This document shows positions 36,180 to 41,138 of a stretch of 41,138 bases of DNA, piece by piece. Below the pieces are notes generated by a model. It worked only from the letters and a program-made list of their open reading frames with translations. It was not told the DNA's origin and made no database searches. The stretch comes from an uncultured Saprospiraceae bacterium (GTDB lineage Bacteria > Bacteroidota > Bacteroidia > Chitinophagales > Saprospiraceae). The stretch is taken from contig CALKJE010000072.1 of NCBI GenBank assembly GCA_937995675.1, positions 1-41,138 of the forward strand, given 5' to 3'. Every line of letters begins with the position of its first letter. Position 1 is the stretch's first letter. Made by a program: the position numbers and the translations under genes.

Positions 36180-37208
36180 TCAGGATTCATTGGCTTCAAT
36201 TCGATGTGCCATTCGCTGGATAGCTTCAATAATTGCTTCTAAGGCAGGTGGATAATCTACATATTGTACCTTATGGCGGTCTTTTCCCCAAATACTCAAG
36301 GTGATTACCTTTTTCTTTTTTCCATAAGCAATCGCCAATCGAAGCGGGATCGGACGAGGTTTTTCTTGTTTTCTTTTTTGGCAGATACTATTGTCACAAT
36401 CATAGATTCGCTCTAGTTCAAAGAATCCTTTTTTGTCTACAAATTCGGCAAAAGCTTCTAGTTCTTCTCTCGGAATATCCTTGCGAGTAACATTCAGCCC
36501 TTTACTAACTGTTTTAAATTCTTTGATTAAACGACCATCACTTTTGATATGAATATAATCTCTTAACACCGGATCAATACCGCCATAATAACCGCCACCG
36601 ATCAATTCGATGTTAATATAGACTCGGTCTTCTTTATATTTTTTTCGTTTCTTTTTCTTCTTCTTTCGTTTTTTTGATTTACGTTTTACAAAGCTAAAAA
36701 GTCCTCCACTCTTTTTCTTTTCATCCATTTCTACAATAACATCAGGCAGTTCATTTGCAGGTTTGATAAAAGGAGCATCTTTGCTTTCTACTTTTACAAA
36801 ATGATATTGATACGTCCCTTTACTATTGGGCTGCGTAAATTCTAGAATAAGTCGGTTCCGACTCAATTCTGCTACCACAAACTTTTTAATGTGTTTAAAA
36901 CTATAGATAAGTTCTCTATCTTCTACCTTAAATCTACCTTTGGTCAAGCGACCATTCAGATATTGCTGATAGGTATAATTGTATCGAAAATAAAGATAAT
37001 ATTCGTAGAAGTTTTCTGCTTTGTGAATAGTTGTATTAGATTCTAGATGGATCGCATAAGTATATTTCCACTTAGATTCTAAAAGCCGACGCTCCTCTAC
37101 TTCTCCAAAACTTCCTCTAGCATTAGCCCTACTATTATCTTGCTGTGCATGTACATCCACAGCAAAGAATCCGATAAATATCAGTAGTAAAGCTAGAAGC
37201 TTTCTCAT
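36180..37208 (-). CDS. hypothetical secreted two-domain protein with a polybasic linker
   Basis: Signal peptide MRKLLALLLIFIGFFAVDVHAQ. Central FVKRKSKKRKKKKKKRKKYK. No family recognised. Confidence 0.6.
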   Translation of the reverse strand: MRKLLALLLIFIGFFAVDVHAQQDNSRANARGSFGEVEERRLLESKWKYTYAIHLESNTTIHKAENFYEYYLYFRYNYTYQQYLNGRLTKGRFKVEDRELIYSFKHIKKFVVAELSRNRLILEFTQPNSKGTYQYHFVKVESKDAPFIKPANELPDVIVEMDEKKKSGGLFSFVKRKSKKRKKKKKKRKKYKEDRVYINIELIGGGYYGGIDPVLRDYIHIKSDGRLIKEFKTVSKGLNVTRKDIPREELEAFAEFVDKKGFFELERIYDCDNSICQKRKQEKPRPIPLRLAIAYGKKKKVITLSIWGKDRHKVQYVDYPPALEAIIEAIQRMAHRIEANES

Positions 37209-37224
37209 TGTTATCTCGTATTTA

Positions 37225-37262
37225 CAAAAAATTTGAGATTCGTTCGGTCGAATCTCAAATTT
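37225..37262 (-). terminator. terminator-like hairpin after the barrel gene, abutting the next start codon
   Basis: The minus strand reads aaatttgagattcg-accgaa-cgaatctcaaattttttg. 12-bp stem plus T-run, ending ~17 nt before the ATG at 37208. Confidence 0.65.
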
Positions 37263-37369
37263 AATATTAACAAAAATTATACCACTGATCTAGTTACGAA
37301 TGAATAGATTAGTTAAGAGTTTGTCCAAATTTGCCAATTGCAGCCAATTAATGGAAGTTTAGACAAGCT

Positions 37370-38884
37370 CTAGAATCGATAGCCAAAAGTAAATAGTATT
37401 CTATTACTTGCTAACTTTCGATTCACCAGTTGTTCTGCACTATTATCTCGTAAATTATAAGGAGAATACTCTGATTCTGTGATTCCTCTAACATACGCTA
37501 GATCCAAATAATATCGATCCGCTCGAAAACCTCCTCCTAAACTAATCCTACTACGAGATCCATCACGGTCAGAATAAGCACTTCCCAACCAATTGTATCC
37601 TGCTCTCACCAAAAAGCGTTGGATCATGTATTCCGCACCTACTCTAATATTCAAAGCAGATTGTAACTCATTATCAATATCTCCATTAGCCACATCTCCT
37701 CGGTCTGTATCAAAAACACTATTTCCATCCTTATCCAAATTATAAGAACTGCCAGCATAATTAACATACTCTACCTCTGCAGATAATAATCCGACCTTAG
37801 GAATAACCAATCCTCCACTACCAATAAAACGCCAAGGTGTTCGAAAACCATAATCAATATCTCTAGGTTCTGCTGGAATTCCTCTTCCTGATATAGTCTG
37901 GTCCAATTCAGTATATGTATAGTCTATACTAGTATCGTAGTAATCTGTTAATCTGTAAAAGGTAGGTGAATGTACCGCCGCACCAATTCTAATCTTTGGA
38001 GTAGGCCAATAAATCATTCCTATCTTTAAATTGATTCCTATCCCATCGGTACTTAAAGTATCCGTAAATTGTAAGCTTTCAAAAAAAGGAATATTCCCAT
38101 CAAACTCCGTCCCTGGATCAAACTCCTCGTATTCTCTAGATTGAGCATATCTTAAGAATGGAATCCCTAATGTTCCACCAATCAAAAACTTATTTCGATA
38201 ATTCCCTGCTAAAGATAGAGACAATTCCTTAATAGATCCTTCCCGTTCTAGACTTTGCAATCGTTGTACTTCAGCACCTGGTTCTGCCTCCTCAAAATCA
38301 TTAAAGTATCTTAAGTTATCATCATCATCTAAGAAATCACCAATTGCAAATGCATCAAATGCAGGTCCTGCCAAAAAATCATCCAACTGTTGCGCTGGTA
38401 TTCCTAATCCATCTGGTCCAGTAGCCAGTTCTAAAAACTGATCTGCCATCGAACCAGAAGATCGTCCTTCAAAATCAAAATTCTCTTTAAAATCTGCTAT
38501 CCGATTATAACCAATCGCAAAATTCGACGTTCTCCATTTTCCTCTAGGTCTTGAATTTAAGACGATCCCTACATTACTAAAATTAAAGGTCGACGCATTC
38601 TCACTTTGTGAATCATTCCTTCCACCCAAGGTTCCAGTAGATCTTCGTAAATCAAAAGAAGGGGTAATACTAAATTCAGAACTTCGGTAAATAGCCAATC
38701 CCGCAGGATTTACATTCACCACCGAAAATTCACCTCCTAAAGCACTCATTCCACCACCGATACCAGCCATTCGGGCAGTACTAGCAGATTCGGTCTGGCT
38801 AAAACGTAAAGCATCACTAATTGATTGAGCAGAAAGAAAAGTGGTGATGCTAAAGGTCAATAAAATTAAAATGATATTTTTCAT
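37370..38884 (-). CDS. outer-membrane beta-barrel protein, FadL/PorV-like
   Basis: Trimmed to MKNIILILLTFSITTFLSAQ. N-terminal ARMAGIGGGMSALGGEFSVVNVNPAGLAIY resembles the FadL-family hatch motif. Alternating strands throughout, and C-terminal FTFGYRF is a beta-signal. Confidence 0.6.
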   Translation of the reverse strand: MKNIILILLTFSITTFLSAQSISDALRFSQTESASTARMAGIGGGMSALGGEFSVVNVNPAGLAIYRSSEFSITPSFDLRRSTGTLGGRNDSQSENASTFNFSNVGIVLNSRPRGKWRTSNFAIGYNRIADFKENFDFEGRSSGSMADQFLELATGPDGLGIPAQQLDDFLAGPAFDAFAIGDFLDDDDNLRYFNDFEEAEPGAEVQRLQSLEREGSIKELSLSLAGNYRNKFLIGGTLGIPFLRYAQSREYEEFDPGTEFDGNIPFFESLQFTDTLSTDGIGINLKIGMIYWPTPKIRIGAAVHSPTFYRLTDYYDTSIDYTYTELDQTISGRGIPAEPRDIDYGFRTPWRFIGSGGLVIPKVGLLSAEVEYVNYAGSSYNLDKDGNSVFDTDRGDVANGDIDNELQSALNIRVGAEYMIQRFLVRAGYNWLGSAYSDRDGSRSRISLGGGFRADRYYLDLAYVRGITESEYSPYNLRDNSAEQLVNRKLASNRILFTFGYRF

Positions 38885-38943
38885 AAAAGGGGTTGTTTTA
38901 TAGCTTTCTAAATAATAATTGTTCAAAGACTCCTCGCAGTACA

Positions 38944-38978
38944 TAAAAAAAGTGGGTGAAAATAAATCCACCCACTCT
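38944..38978 (-). terminator. rho-independent terminator after the low-complexity gene
   Basis: The minus strand reads agtgggtg-gatttatttt-cacccact followed by T7. Confidence 0.7.
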
Positions 38979-39004
38979 TTTCGCTTATGCGAATTTAGCA
39001 AAGA

Positions 39005-40057
39005 TTAATTACCTCTGCGGCTTGAACTTCTTCGGCTGCTACCAGAAGAAGATCTGCTGCTTCGAGAAGGAGAAGCACTGCTTCGAGAGCTACTTCGAGA
39101 AGAACTAGATCTTGCACTACTTCGTCGCTGTGTGCGTGGTGCAGTTCTAGTACTACTTCGACTTGAGTTACTACGGCTGTTAAAGATGCTAGAACGCTTC
39201 TTTGTAGCACGACTGTTAGAACGAGTAGCAGGAGAAGAACTTCTAGTACTGCTTCGTCGAGTAGCGCGGCTGTTACCTCTAGAAGTATTACCTCTATCGT
39301 TTCCAACACTATTTCTTCTAGACTTACTTGTCACACGCTTATTACGAGTTACGCCGTCATTTGTACGACCACCTACGTTGCTGTTGTTACCAGGTCCGTA
39401 GTTACCTCGTGCATTGCTATTATTGTTTGTTGCTCTGCTCGTGAAAGTAGAACCGCTTCCGCTCCAAGAAGGAGGACAGTAGGCATTTCCGCCTCCATAA
39501 CTATTGGCAAATCCGCCACCACCGAAACCGTTTCCAAAGTTATTCCCATAACGATTATATGGATTGTTGAATCCATTATTAAATCGGTTATATGGGTTAT
39601 ATGGATTGAATCGGTTACGGAAAGGACTAAATCCTCTGTATCGGTTACGATTTCCAATAATAATCGTCACTCCATTGTTTCCAAAGGCGTTATAAGGATT
39701 ATAGAATCCATTATTAAAATTAGAAGCATAAATCGCACGACCAGGTACGCCATAACGATCATAGTAGTAACTATCTACGTAAGCTGGCGAGTAAAAGCCA
39801 AATCCAGCGTATGGACGTTGGAATCGACGAATTCGCGAAGTATAATAATAATCGTAATCATCATCATCGTAGCTTGCTGAATCAAAGTCATCATCTTCTG
39901 AATCCTGTTCATCATAATCATCGTAAGAAGTTTCGTAGACATCCTCTGTATCAGTGGAAGGATCAAAATAAACGTCGTCGTACTGCGCAATCGCGGTAGC
40001 TCCGAATCCAAAAAGGAAAAGGGCGACTAAAAAGGTTGATAATCTATACATTTTCAT
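39005..40057 (-). CDS. secreted tri-block low-complexity protein (acidic D/Y, then N/G/F/Y/P, then Ser/Arg-rich)
   Basis: 350 aa. Signal peptide MKMYRLSTFLVALFLFGFGATAIA. Residues 25-74 have 18 D, 4 E, 10 Y and no K/R. Residues 75-207 are N/G/F/Y-rich with a duplicated FNNGFxNPYN..GNN unit. Residues 255-350 have 24 R, 2 K and no D/E. It has its own terminator. Confidence 0.7.
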   Translation of the reverse strand: MKMYRLSTFLVALFLFGFGATAIAQYDDVYFDPSTDTEDVYETSYDDYDEQDSEDDDFDSASYDDDDYDYYYTSRIRRFQRPYAGFGFYSPAYVDSYYYDRYGVPGRAIYASNFNNGFYNPYNAFGNNGVTIIIGNRNRYRGFSPFRNRFNPYNPYNRFNNGFNNPYNRYGNNFGNGFGGGGFANSYGGGNAYCPPSWSGSGSTFTSRATNNNSNARGNYGPGNNSNVGGRTNDGVTRNKRVTSKSRRNSVGNDRGNTSRGNSRATRRSSTRSSSPATRSNSRATKKRSSIFNSRSNSSRSSTRTAPRTQRRSSARSSSSRSSSRSSASPSRSSRSSSGSSRRSSSRRGN

Positions 40058-40275
40058 AAAAAATAAGTTTTAATGTAATTATGTGACTCTCTTACAAGTT
40101 ACAAGTACAATTTATTACTTTTGTGGCTATTTTTTAGTTAAAAAACCATTAAAGTTGAATTTTTATTTTCAAAAGTCGGTTTAGTAACAAATAAACAACC
40201 TTAAAAACACTATTAAGACGCTATAAGTTTAATTTGCGTCACTATATAAAATTTAATAATTCGTTAAAATTGTAA

Positions 40276-41138
<863 letters not shown>

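Noticed and set aside
38995-40011. Several ORFs in other frames and on both strands across the low-complexity gene (38995..39309, 39132..39401, 39373..39657, 39775..40011, 39811..39999)
   Set aside because: They are an artefact of the repetitive AGN/CGN and AAY/GGN codon tracts, which keep several frames open. Only the 39005..40057 frame has a signal peptide, runs the full length and is followed by a terminator.

Overview
AT-rich chromosomal window that reads as Bacteroidota: two proteins end in T9SS-type C-terminal sorting domains, ProRS is the archaeal type, and ParC is Bacteroidota-style. Housekeeping backbone: fabF (partial)-acpP, pyk, a sugar nucleotidyltransferase plus TPR protein, uvrC, parC and proS (partial). 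Between these sit a histidine kinase/receiver pair flanked by ~80-bp direct repeats, and a T9SS C-type-lectin/HYR surface protein. A regulatory island at 16.8-22.9 kb holds an ECF-type sigma factor, a PAS-rich sigma-54 activator, a Cys-less thioredoxin fold, a receiver protein and a GAF kinase. Further along are MscS, CsbD, a VOC protein, a SWIM-SNF2 helicase and a T9SS-tagged di-haem peroxidase. A plus-strand block of uncharacterised membrane families follows (multi-pass protein + wHTH regulator, DUF2236/MpaB-like, DUF1361-like, DUF817-like, HD-TM fusion). The last cluster is three minus-strand secreted proteins. I saw no rRNA, tRNA, CRISPR array, transposase or integrase. Best candidates for something undescribed: (1) at 36.2-40.1 kb, a signal-peptide protein built of acidic D/Y, N/G/F/Y and Ser/Arg blocks, next to a FadL/PorV-like barrel and a polybasic secreted protein; (2) a sigma-54-type promoter driving an unknown protein plus an ECF sigma, divergent from the PAS activator; (3) a duplicated terminator/operator intergenic module that ties the wHTH regulator to the DUF2236-DUF1361-DUF817 operon; (4) the kinase/receiver cassette bounded by a duplicated terminator and carrying a 163-bp palindromic MITE-like element. 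All family names come from recognising motifs by eye; no database or HMM search was possible.
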